In this document: positions 39,079-52,400 of the stretch, in pieces
How the letters are laid out: every line of letters starts with the position of its first letter
Numbering within the stretch: position 1 is the first letter of the stretch
Source of the DNA: Pecten maximus
Taxonomy: Eukaryota
Reading direction: 5' to 3'
DNA: 64,000 nt
Assembly (NCBI RefSeq): GCF_902652985.1
Contig: NC_047018.1
Span: forward strand, 50,592,001 to 50,656,000
Program-made: the position numbers and the translations under genes
The notes under the pieces: generated by a model
The model's database searches: none
The model's input: only the letters and a program-made list of their open reading frames with translations
What the model was told of the DNA's origin: nothing

Positions 39079-41877
39079 TTCTGAGTTTAATGGCGACTGT
39101 ACACTAACAAGGAAGTAACATGGAAATTGCTAAAGGATTAAGATCAAAAAGAAATTGGACAAGATGTATTTCGTTATTACTATAAAACATGTCTGAAACA
39201 CCTTTAGGTACGTGAACCTAATACTACCTAGTAATAAAAGCTTACAGCATGTACACGTCTATTTCCAGTAGGCGTGCATAAACAAATGTTAAGTTTGCAC
39301 TCTAGATATTCAATATCATTACTAGGTATTTGTCTTGCTATTTAAGTCTGGCGATTGGACAATGATTAATATCCGTGCTTTGAAATTAAAACACTACTGT
39401 TATTATGAAACGTACTAAGTTACAAAACGAATATTATTGTAACATTATAATATATAATAGCTAACTATATACGCTGATATTAATGTGCGTTCGGATTGTA
39501 ACATACTATCTAACATCTAACTTTATAAAGTGATATTAATTAGCGTTTAAATTGTACCATTATAATAGCTAACATATAACTGTCGGAGAAAATAATTGAG
39601 ATAGGGCATGTTTGGTACCGTACTTTAATTTTTCCCCACATGCATATTTTGAAAATTTCTTATAATAACGGGAGGCAGCTCCTTATATAGTAGAGTCTCT
39701 GTATATATAAAAGAGAAACACATATGTTTTGATATTAACACTATGTGTAATATTTGCCTATATGTCGTGAGTTAATCAAATTCAGGTAATATACCTTTAA
39801 CTGTTTTATTTTCATTGTCATTACCGTAATGATAACTGTCTGTCATTTGTGATGCGCGGTCAATTACAGTATATGTTGAGTCTAGTAGAAAACGTCACTT
39901 TTGTCCACGTAGGACCCAAGGGGGTGGGGACTTTACATTTCCAAAAAAATGGCTGGTCTCTAGTCATAAAAAGTTACTCAAAATTTCAGTGGGAAATCGT
40001 TTCATTGTTTCTTAGATAAGTTGAAGAGGTTACCTGTTTACGAACTGACGATTCATGACACATGACACAACGGACAAAATGCTATTATAATTAGTCACTT
40101 GAGACTTCTTCACTTAAATATAACAATATCCTTATAATCCAGTAGGCTGTTTAAGGCGAATAATCAGTGCAATTTCCTGTTAGTCGTTGTGTAGAACATT
40201 GTGTGATCAAATGCTTGTCAGTTATCGTGTAAGCATCATTTCAATTTCAACAATCTTTTATTGCTTTTCAATACATCAAATGGTTGACACCAGACAAAGC
40301 CTATGTAAATCCTTCCAAATTATTACAACAAAATTAGCCTTGACATGTATGCAGTGGTATCCAGTATTAAAAGTAAAGGGAGACACTCAAATTTACTAAA
40401 AAAATGTAAAAGAAATTCATTACATCATTGATGCTCCTAACATTGATGCAGAATTGCTGGTGAGTTGCCACGCAAATTCTGAGGCTACAGATCATATAGT
40501 TCTTGTTTGTAAATATGTCAACCATTTATCCTAAGGAAGGTCAAGACAATTCGTCTTTAAATCTGCAAATCATGGTATAAATTGAAAGATACCCAGGACA
40601 GAACTTTGTTGGTCTACTGAGTTTACTTCCGATGAAAAAAAAATCAGTTGATACTCGTTGTTTATATTCAGAAAGATAATCGTTAAACCTTTGTAAATCT
40701 TTCCCTTTATTCCCTAGTGTAAATTTATAACCTAACTTTGAAAAATAAACATGATGTTAGAAAATGGAAGAAATCGCACACAGTAACACACCATTATAAC
40801 AATTAGAAATAATTGATGCTCAGGTTTTTTGTAATATGACAACATAACATACGTTTGTTCTTGGTCTAACATTTATGTGAATTAACAAATACCTTCATAT
40901 GACACTGTTTTGACGTATCCATATGATTGAAAAGAAAAAAACTAAAATATCAAATATGACATTAAGCAATTACAATAAGTAAAATTGATGAATGTTAATA
41001 CACACTTCGTTTAGATAAATAAATTGTAAATCAATGTAACAAGTATAAGCAGGGTTATCGGCATCGAAATATAAAAGTATTGGAAAAACGTAGTTCTTAC
41101 TCCAGTGAGAGTAGGGATATGTAAGTATATTTAGCGAAAGTAGAACATGATTATTCGTAGTGATTTACCTTATTAAAAGGGTCACTGTTCATAGTTGTAT
41201 AATAATATATGAGGCAATTCTACTTGGCTTAAAACCTAAAATGCAGTATCGCTCAGGGTAAACTATATTATATAGTGCTGCAATAAACCTTCATTATAAT
41301 TAAAGCAATGTAAACTTGTAAAAAATGAATGTGATTAAGATTAAATATCTATTAAAATACAGTAATAGAAAATTCCAACTGAAAGCAACAAACTACAAAC
41401 ACTGACAAAAAGTGATATTTCAAACATAAGTTGTGTTAATAATTGTATAACAAAGTTATTGGTTTAAGGTTTTATGAGCTACATTTTGTCATCTGATTGA
41501 ATACAATGAATGAGTTAGATGTTGATCTTTATGATTAACAGCATAATTACTTCCTAACGTTAGGAACGAGATGTATGATGATTAATGGATAAAACGATCA
41601 AGTTATTTATATTTGAATTTAGATTGGTTGGCGTCACGTCCCAAAAATGTTTACATACTGAACGATTCAGATATTTACAGGATAAAATGTCGCAGGTATA
41701 TAGTTCCCTTGGACGATTCAGCCTTTTCACTTCATATCTAAAACTTAATACAGCTGTAGCATAGCGCTGTTTGCTACGGAAGCAATTCCATGGTATGATT
41801 CTTCGGCAAATTATTAAAGCGAAATAAGTACATCTAAGAACTTTCCTTCTACTCTGTTTAACATACATGTTTTCCAG

Positions 41878-43422
41878 AACACGCTGATAGTATTCAGGTA
41901 CTCATTAATCAGTTCATGTACACGTCATGCAGATCCCAGGTACTCATTAATTAGTTCATGTACACGTCAGTTGTATCCAGGTACTCATTAATAATTTCAT
42001 GTACACGTCATGCAGTTCCGCGGTACTCATTTATTAGTTCGGGTACATGTCAGTGGTTTCCAGATTCTCATTAATCAGCTCATTTACACGTCGGTGGTAT
42101 CCAGATACTCATTAATCAGTTCATGTACACGTCAGTAGTATCCAGGTAATGATTAATCAGTTCATGTACACGGTCAGTGGTATCCAGGTTCTCATTAATC
42201 AATTCATGCACACGTCCGTGGTATCCAGGTACTCATAAATCAGTTCATGTAAATGTCGGTGGTATCAAGGTACTCGTTAATCAGTTCATGTACACGTTAG
42301 TGGTATCCAGGTTCTCATTAAACAGTTCATGCACACGTCCGTGGTATCCAGGTACTCATTAATCAGTTAATGTACACGTCGGTGGTATCCAGGTACTCAT
42401 GAATCAGTTCATGTACACGTCAGTGGTATCCAGGTACTCATGAATCAGTTAATGTACACGTCGGTGGTATCCAGGTTCTCATTAATGAGTGCATGTACAC
42501 GTCGGCGGTATCCAGGTACTCATTAAACAGTTCATGTACACGTCGGCGGTATCCAGGTACTCATTAATCAGTTTATGTACATGTCGGTGGTATCCAGGTA
42601 CTCATTAATCAGTTCATGCACACGTCCGTGGTATCCAGGTACTCATAAATCAGTTCATGTACACGTCCGTGGTATCCAGGTACTCATAAATCAGTTCATG
42701 TACACGTCCGTGGTATCCAGGTACTCATTAATCAGTTCATGTACACGTCAGTGGTATCCATGTACTCATTATCAGTTCATGTACACGTCGGTGGTATCCA
42801 GGTACTCATTAATCAGTTCCTGTACACGTCAGTTGTATCCAGGTACTCATTAATCAGTTCATGTACACGTCGGTGGTATCCAGGTACATATTAATCAGTT
42901 CATGTACACGTCGGTGGTATCCAGGTACTCATTAATCAGTTCATGTACACGTCAGCAGTATCCAGGTACTCATTAATCAGTTCATGTACACGTCGGTGGT
43001 ATCCAGGTACTCATTAATCAGTTCATGGACACGTCAGTGGTATCTAGGTACTCATTAGTCAGTTCATGTACACGTCGGTGGTATCCAGGTACTCATTAAT
43101 CAGTTCGTGTACACGTCGGTGGTATCCGGTAGGTACTCATTAATCAGTTCATGTACACGTCGGTGGTATCCAGGTATTCCTTAATTAGTTCATGTACACG
43201 TCGGTGGTATCCAGGTACTCATTAATCAGTTCATGTACACGTCAGTGGTACCTAGGTGCTCATTAATCAGTTCATGTACGCGTCAGTGGTATCCAGGTAC
43301 TCATTAATCAGTTCATGTACACGTCGGTGGTATCCAGGTACTCATTGATCAGTTCATGTACACATCTATGGTATCCAGGTGCTCATTAATCAGTTCATGT
43401 ACACGTCAGTGGTATCCAGGTA
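41878..43422. repeat. 41-bp tandem repeat, ~37 copies, beginning in the last exon of gene B
   Basis: Same unit as 8870-10123. Confidence 0.97.
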
Positions 43423-46400
43423 GTCTTTAATCACGTTGTAGCAACATTGGTACTGCTCCTAAAATAACATTATTTGCATAAAATGATGTCATTAATCGAA
43501 ATACAAGTTTACGTTCCGATTCCAAAAAAACTTTATGCTTTAGATGTATGAAAATTTCTCAGAATCTCATCAACTATTACACAATTTGATCTAATTCACA
43601 AAAGATCAGTCGATATAGATTCCGAAATGTAGCTGTAGGATAGATCATGTGATTCATAAGAGAAGACGCAATTGTTGGAATAGGCAATTATTATTCCTGA
43701 TCAACATGGCAAAGAGGGGCACTCAGAGAATCAGAAAAAAATGTTTAGCTTGAGAGCATCATGTCGAAGATCTCACATTTATCTATGTATCATAATACGT
43801 GTATTTTATGCTTGTACATGCACGACCCGGTTACTCAGTCTTTAGCCAATATCGGATTTTCAGATTGCCATCACAGAAAGTCATCAATGTAAACATGTTA
43901 GATACACACGGATAACTGAATATCAAACGGCATTGTTTTTGTTATATAATACTGGTTTAGGAAAACAAGAAAATAGAAAACGTAATTATAGATCAGATGA
44001 GGAAACCAGTGGAATATAAGTAATACATTTGCATGAAAGGAAACGCTTGATAAAACGGAGAACGCATTTTTCTGGAAAATAAGCACGACTGCCATTCAAA
44101 TTTGGAACTCTTAATGATGTCAAATATCCTATGTAGAAATTGGCGTAGTGACAAAACAATAAACTATTAACTATTTTTCACAATGTAATCATGATGGCGG
44201 GGAAAATAACATATCCGTTAACCTCAAAACCCGTATAAGTCAAAATGTATGTCTAGATATACTTACAAAATTGATTAAAAATGCTGGACGTCGCACAAGT
44301 AGCTGACGAGAAATCTGATAGATATCAACTTCCTCGTCAGATTTTATCTGGTCCCTGGCATTGCTGATACAACAGAAGAGTCCACTCTGGGAATATCCGT
44401 CTCTGGAATACCATAAAAGCAGAAGAAATATTTGCAGTTGACTCGAACAGTTTTTATGAACGATCCTACACATATTTACACAGTAAAATTTGTACTCCTG
44501 TCCTTTTAACACAACAAATACGTACTTCTTTCACAAAGGTCAGAGGTCAGATATCAAACCTAGTATCAATATTTGATCGCTGACACTGGTGATCATGAAA
44601 ATGTTTGAAGCACTTGACGACATTACATACCGACACATAACGAGTGTAGTCTTGGACTCGTCCGATTTACGTCTGCTGTCAACAAGTTCCAGCAGCTGAA
44701 GTAGCGCGGACGAATCCCGAGGGACTGCAGAGTCACTATCCCATCCAGTCATGTGGAACATTCGAACAAGGCTATTAAAGCTAGTCACCTGAAAGAAGTA
44801 AATTCAAATAAGTATATATACCTGTATATGTGTGCAAAATGTTCATAAATTAGAGCGTGTTATCAAAAATATTCAGATTATGATGATGATTTTTCATACA
44901 ACATATAAGATATCTTTCATATTTGTATAAAGTACATGTATGTGGGATAGGAAATTCCACACAATGTGTCGGAAAATCCAAGGTTTTCCCTCATTTTGTC
45001 AGATTTTCAGTCTTTCGCTGATATAAGAGATATCAATACAAATTTGTATGTCCCTTTACCAACACTCAAGACAGCAATTTTGAACCAAGATATTCAACAT
45101 CAAAACCTTACATATTTATATACTAAAAAAAACCGTACCACATTTTCGATAGCAATTTCAAGCACATTGACATTTGCTATTGTTGAAGACGTCCCTTTGT
45201 GTTCCAAAGTGAAATCCCTAATGGTTTTTTCTTCGCCGTCCCCTGGAAGCCAGTCCTAAGATATGAAAATGCATTTAATGATTTAATATGAGTATATTGT
45301 TATGCATAGATCAGACAATGCAACGACTGTGAAAAGAATTTGGTATTTTACGATTAAGTATTTGACTTTAGGTCGACGTTTCAATTTCGGCGTCTACACT
45401 TCGTCTAGTACTGTCACCTTCATCAAAGAATTGACCAGTGCAGGACATGTATACTAAAATGCTACTTGTAAGTGGTTATAATTAAATTCATATATCTTAC
45501 CCTGTATCAAGAAAATGATTGAACATTAAAAATTACTGTGAAGTCAAAAAGAATTTCAGATTAGATCATGGGTATTATTAATCCGTAAAATCAAGAAACA
45601 ATGAGACACCTGTTTTCAGAGTTAGTGGCAGGTATCCGCACTATTTTGCTGTTAAAGAATATTACTTTCTTCCAATAATATTGATTCTAACAATGGCTAT
45701 ACTTATTTTGACATAATGTGTTTAAGTTAATCTCAAGTATCTACTGTTCGTAACAACAAGTGTTTTTTTTATCGTGCTGCCCTGTTGGTATCAATTCTGA
45801 TTAATTTATCTGTGGAAATACGCTTACAATGTCGTCCGGCTCGATGATGACAATTGTTTGACAGCTGTGGTCCATTATCATCGTCAACAGATCCACCACG
45901 GTGCTCTCCAGAGGAGCCTGTGTGACGATGTACCCAGTTTTGGACGTATAGGACTAGGACAAAACAAAACAAAAGGATTTCTGGTATGTGAATGAAAGGT
46001 TAATTACACGTGGAAAGCGATTACTACAAACTTGTATCGGTTCTTTCTGGTAGCATTGCTGCATACATTTGTTTATTAAACCCTAGAATTGTTTAAGTCC
46101 ACAACGTACGATAAATTCAATAGCATGAACGTTGTATAAAATTCAGTAACTCAAAGCATTATCCTCATCATAAGCAGTAGAAGTTAAAAGTGATTCTACC
46201 AACAATCATGGTAGTTGTTTCTAAACAACGAGGTTTTCTTTCCATATCATTCTGGAATAATAATCATAACTCGTAGTTGATATTTTAATATGTATTAAGA
46301 ATATATCGTTAAAGAAAGACAAATATGTACTATCAACAGACCGTATCTGTTCTTGCTACCCTTTCAAATGAATCTAGTATCAATTATCAACAGATAATAC

Positions 46401-49400
46401 ATGTTCTTGCTCGAGACTATTGGTTTTTAAGTTCTAGTATGTATGTTTATCAACAGATAATATATTTTCTTGCTCGAGACTATTGGTTTTTGAGTTCTAG
46501 CATGTATGTTTATCAAAAGACAATATATGTTCTTGCTACCCTATCAAATGAGACTATCGATTTATCATGTTGTTTTGATCATTCCTATTGATTAACATAA
46601 TCTACATCGCAATTTAACACATCACAACTAAAAGACACCAATAATGCATGTGTATCATAATTACTTACAGATGACGTCATGGTAATACTTACGGGCACCA
46701 TCACCGCATTAATGTAGTCTGTTCTACCTTTAGGCTGAGATCTCAGGTACGCCCTATACTCGTCAACTGTTCAGAAAAAGGAGAAACCATTATTCACAGT
46801 ATTCCTCCTTTATTTATAATTGTTCATGCTTATTTTAATTTCTTACATATAAAGAGTTTTCGTCAAATTTTAAAATCTTAATAATTGCAATCATCCTTGC
46901 TGATTAATTAATTGTCTGAAAGTTGCTAGTAAATGATTGGTTATGTGCTTTAAGTGTTATTATTTTCCATTATTGCAGAAACTGTAAGACGGATAATACT
47001 GATCGTAATAGTTTTTCTTTCAATGTACAACATACCTATGTTTTGATATTTTATGTAATCCTTTAAGGTAGTACTTGATTAATTTTGAAAACATTTTTCA
47101 AACGCCTTATTAAGACTCCAAGTCTATATCGCGTCATGCTTAAGGATGTTTGATTGAAAGGAGGTTGGTTCTTACCTGCTAAGACAGACAAGGTCCTGTT
47201 TTTCATCTTGTTGGATGGCAATAGCGCGGTTCTGTAGTCTGCCTCATGGTAAGTTGGTTTCAAAGATTGTGTCATCTAAAGAAATCGTATATTACGAAAA
47301 TACATTGTGATACTTACTTGTCATTACGTTTACAAAATGTAATGTTAAACAAGATAAATTATTATTAAACTAGAAAACATCCGATTATATGGTCACTGTC
47401 GTCGATGGACATAAAGGCTCAGATAAGAACAGTTGAGGTACAACCATTAAACTATCTGGAAAAGGTGTAACCGAATTTCAGCTCACTCAAAATTGCGCTT
47501 TTTAGAGAGATGAGTGTTATGGTTTATGATTTAAAAGAATGTTTTTTTTCGAAAAAAAAAGAAGAAAAGAAAAATCCAAAATAATATTAGCACCAATATA
47601 ATTATGTTCGTAATCGGTATATACACATGTTGTGGTATTGAAAAACAAAATAAATTGGAATATCGTTTTACTCACGTAAGATCTAGATTTCATTAACAAG
47701 ATTTAACCTTGTAACATATGTTTTTCATTCTATCGGGAAAGTATCATTAACAGTTATTTCGAGAGAATGAGTCCCGAAACATATCTATAGTTTTAATTTA
47801 ATTGGTATTTAACAGGAAGTAATTACTTGGTATTCCTTCCTGAGCTTTGTTTGGTTCGTGGGACCGCCATTGGAGAGAACAGTAAGTGTCGTGTGGTACT
47901 TCATTCTTGGAATCACGGTGTCTGGCATATCGAAGGCTTCTATAAGGAGCTGGTGTACAGCTATGTATTGTTCCTAGATCAATGAATGTCTAAACAGTAC
48001 TATCATTTGATGTCTTATGATTGTTACACTAATTATGATAATATCAAATGTTTTAGATTTTTAAAGCGGAAACATATTAAATAAAAGATGTGTTCCCGCG
48101 TTTATGTGCTCAAGTTTAGTTTCTCGTTGATAATCTTTTTGTATTATTCTGAATAGTCAGGACAAGAACAGCTTAAAACAAAACTCTCTAATAAGCATAG
48201 TGGTTTCAATTTTCCGGCAGTTACTTTTCCATTTCTATATAGTTACACACCTGCTTCCTTTTACATGAGATAATTATGACCATGGCCATGTTTGTGTGGT
48301 CGACATCATCGACCTTATCAGATAATGTTTTATCTCATTATGCAGTGAGATGTGTTAAATCCTCATGGATTTGTCTGGAGTTCCGAGATTCCTAATTTTG
48401 TCACGATCTAGATCGCAAGTACATTCTTTTCGAATTTGGTGATAAACACAGAAAAGATATTTCAAGTGGGAAAGAAAGCTAACTCTGAAATTTCTGGAAT
48501 TACAATTACTACACAGTTTCTTAATTAATGAGACACCGGCAGATATAACAAAACATTTTGGAATAAAACATTATATGACTTAAATCATTATCGATTTTTA
48601 TGGAAACCGCGTAACCTACAGCAGTTTGAACCATGTTGATCCTATCCTTCCGCATGGTTTTTATGTATTGCATTACGTCAATGCTACCACACTCCTTCCC
48701 GTATTCTAGGAGTGCGTCCAAGGCAAGGAATGTCCCCGTTCGGCCTATACCAGCACTGCCAAAAATTAATTTATGAATCAATTAATTCACTAATGTCGGA
48801 AGAAATAGAATTAGAAAAAGAGGATACTATATTGTTAACACACAATAAAAAGTAAAAGCATTTCTTCATGACAGTAACAAGGATAGCTTAAAAATATCCC
48901 TTAAAACAGCGGACATGATTGGTGAAATAAACGTGAAATTGATGGATGAAGATAATTGAAAACAAATCGCTTGACCATACCTGCAATGAATAACCATTTT
49001 CCCTGTGAGGACAGTCCTGTAGTTAATCACACGGCGGTGGAAGACAACCAGTTCGTTTGGGTCTGGAGTCCCGTGGTCGGGCCACGTGGTATAGTGGAAC
49101 TGATGTATCTGACGTACTGTCTTTGTCTGAAGGAATAACAAATGAGTAAATTGAATCGAATTGATGGGTAATTCAGTGTATTTATCCACAAACAATTTTG
49201 TTTGTTTCAATTTTCTGCGGCGAAAAATATCTTAAACATATTTTCACGTCATACGATATTTTATGCAATTCGCCTCGAAGTTAAAAAAAACTTCTTCGTT
49301 TCATCAAATCATAAATGAAAAAAAAGTAATTCTAAATGATATAGGTCCGTTTTACTTTGGATACATAAAAAGAGTTCCGATTTTCCATTTGTTGTTATTT

Positions 49401-52400
49401 CAGACTGTTTCATACCTTCTTTTCTGTAACTGTAAGGTCCCGGATGACGTAGAAGGCATACGACCTTTCCCTATCCAAGATGATGCTGAAGTGTGGCGTA
49501 ATCAAAGGTTCTCCTTCATCCGGCCAATATTTGTCACACTTTGGCTGAAATAAAGCAATGAATATAGTTAGTATAGTTTTAGGACACGCTGGTGTTTTAC
49601 ACAATAAATTGTTTTAACGTCATGGGGAGCAAGAACTACATACTGCATCAACATCTCATTTCAATAATTTTACCTTCACTTCTATGAGAGAGCCCACCTT
49701 ATTCAGATGTTCTCACTCCAAACACACAAACCATCCATTTAAACTTTAAAATACGTTACATTTCAGAAATGTATACTAATGAAGTGAACATGTCGATAAA
49801 CAAGTGAGGTGATACAAAAATGATTGATCGCTGAAGATTTAAATGTTATCAACAAACAATTGTTTAAGTCGAGCACAGGTATTTTGCTGTATGTAAGAAA
49901 AGTGATACCCGCACACTGTTTTAAAATTAATTTTGAATAACATCTGAATGTAGATATTGAATAGCGACATACTCTTCCGCCTTCAATCAGATTTGTCAAC
50001 ATAACAATTTTGCCGGTCGTCAGTTGCCAAATCATCCGCCAGAAATCGTTTACAGTTGCAGGCCTTGGTCCTAATAAATAGAATATTAAGAAAGAGATAA
50101 AGTTATATATATATATATATATATAAATTAACTGTTAATCGAGAACTGTTATTTTAAAGCTTCCAGTTTTATAATATAGCTGTCCTCCAGGGACAAAAAC
50201 CGTCTTCGATCATTAGGTCTATTTTTTAATGGATTTGGAAGAAGATTAAGGTGATTTCTCCGGGAGGAAAAGTTCAATTATCAGAGAGCATATTTGTATA
50301 TATTTGCTTTACTTAAACACGTACATTTCTGAATAAATATACTATTTTAATGGTCATGTTTGTATTATTTCTTTGTGTTACTAAATACTGTAATTAAGTA
50401 TGTTTTTTAATTGTTTACAAGTTTACCTTGTGTTGCAACATACTCCGCAGGTTTTGTAACACTCTGTAACAAAAACGATGAACATAATGTGAAATTATTT
50501 AAAACGCATATTCGGGAAAAAAATCTATAAAAATAGGTTAAAAAAAATAAGACACGTCAGTGCAATTGTCGAATTTCGCTCGCATTGTATATAGTCTTCA
50601 CCACTGAAATTTCGGAACAAACTGACAAAACCGGCATGTGATCTAGATTGCATCTATATATTATTACAGTATATTATATTTCATAGTTTCCTTCACTTCT
50701 CGATTTTAAATAATGTAATGAAGGACTCGATACGCGAAACTATGCATTTGGCATTTCAGAGACTGCAAATTCTTTTGTAAGACCACAAGTGATATGATAT
50801 TAGATAATCTGTTAACACCTTGAAATGCTTCATCTTTATCAAGTAGATTATACCGCATAAACCACACTTACGTCGATGTAGTTGGCGTTGATGTAATCGG
50901 AGTATGGATCTGTTCCAACTTTATCAAGAATCACACGGGAATGGTCATCTGTAAAAAAGAAAATATTGATTTACAATATACAATAATAATTTTTTAAGAA
51001 AAATTGTAGCAAAGATTTGCTGGTAATATGATCATATGTATTATTGCCGCTGCTGTCATCAAAACGCTGCAGGAATCGGTACCCAAGTAAACACCAATAT
51101 CCCGATACATTTCTAAAAGTACAAAAATCCAAGTGCGACCTTTGAACAAATAACTTCAACCACTATTACCAAATGATTGGATGCTATTGTGTAAATGTTA
51201 TAAACGGATGAATGCGATTTCTTGTTCACCTATGACTTTTGACCCTTGACCAATGATCCGGAAAATATCTTAATCGAGTTATGGAATTTGAATTATGAAA
51301 CTTCTTTAGAATTTCGGAAGAAAGAGACATCTAATAATTTGATAGACAGATAGACAACCTGATTATTAGAATGTCCTGTTTTTTTCAGCTGTCGTATTCA
51401 CAAAGAGGTAATTATCATTGCGTACCGATAGGAATAGTATTCATTCTAAATTTGATATGATTCATAAATAAAGAAAAATATACTTACAGGGAAATGTGGT
51501 TTTAAATCTGTTCTTTGGCTTGTTTTGTTCTAACATTCCAACTTTATGTTCGTGTAAATCTCCTGACGGTATAGACTGTAACATCATATATAAGAACGTG
51601 TGTATGTTTTTCTATTAAAAGCATATCATCATTATTAAAAATTTAAAAAAAGCGTAGATTGCTTTTGAAATCGACTTTCTCATTCAATCTGATGTACATA
51701 CAAAAGTTTCATATCGGCTTTGTAGAAATGCTTCGAAAGAACAAGTCTACAAGTCATGTGTTCAGGCTCTTCACATTAAACTGGATAACGCAATAAAATT
51801 CAATTCGGCGCTTCCGTGTCTGACTCTCAATTCATATTGAAATGTACAACAGTTATAAGCGTTCACTAGTTGATCCAGGATTTCTTATATTATATATCAT
51901 ATTTATATTTGCATCAGCTTAGACGCCAACGTTACAATTATATGCATTTAAATTTATTTTATATGTAATTTGTTGATATGTATGTACATTATCTAAGAAT
52001 GAATAAATTTTAGATAATGGAACGATAACACACACATTTTACCCTAAATAAACCTTGAGTCGAAGAACATTCTTGGTTTTTTGTCTTGTATCTCCATAAC
52101 ATCAAATGTGTTCAGGTTTATCGTTAAAGATTAATTAACTTTACACAATACTTTGATTGATGTCTCTTTTCTCTTAGCAATTATTATGCCGCTGTATCAG
52201 CCAATGAAAAGCGACGTTACAATCGTTTTTTTAAAGTTATGGGCTGACAGCAAAACAAAAATAGCCACCAAAAATGCTTGTTACGAACAAGATAAGTTAG
52301 TATTAAATAATATGTACCTTATATTCGTTTTCGAAAGCCTTTGCCTTGTTTTGCAGTTTTGTTTGAACAAGAGATTTGAGGGTGGAGACAGGAAATCCAA

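Larger units (their letters stand above)
39003..43460. repeat. Segmental duplicate of ~3918-10160 (signal exon, intergenic DNA and 3' end of the PTP gene)
   Basis: Collinear non-coding similarity: 4588-5400 with 39031-39850, and 6480-8870 with 39865-41880. Confidence 0.9.
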
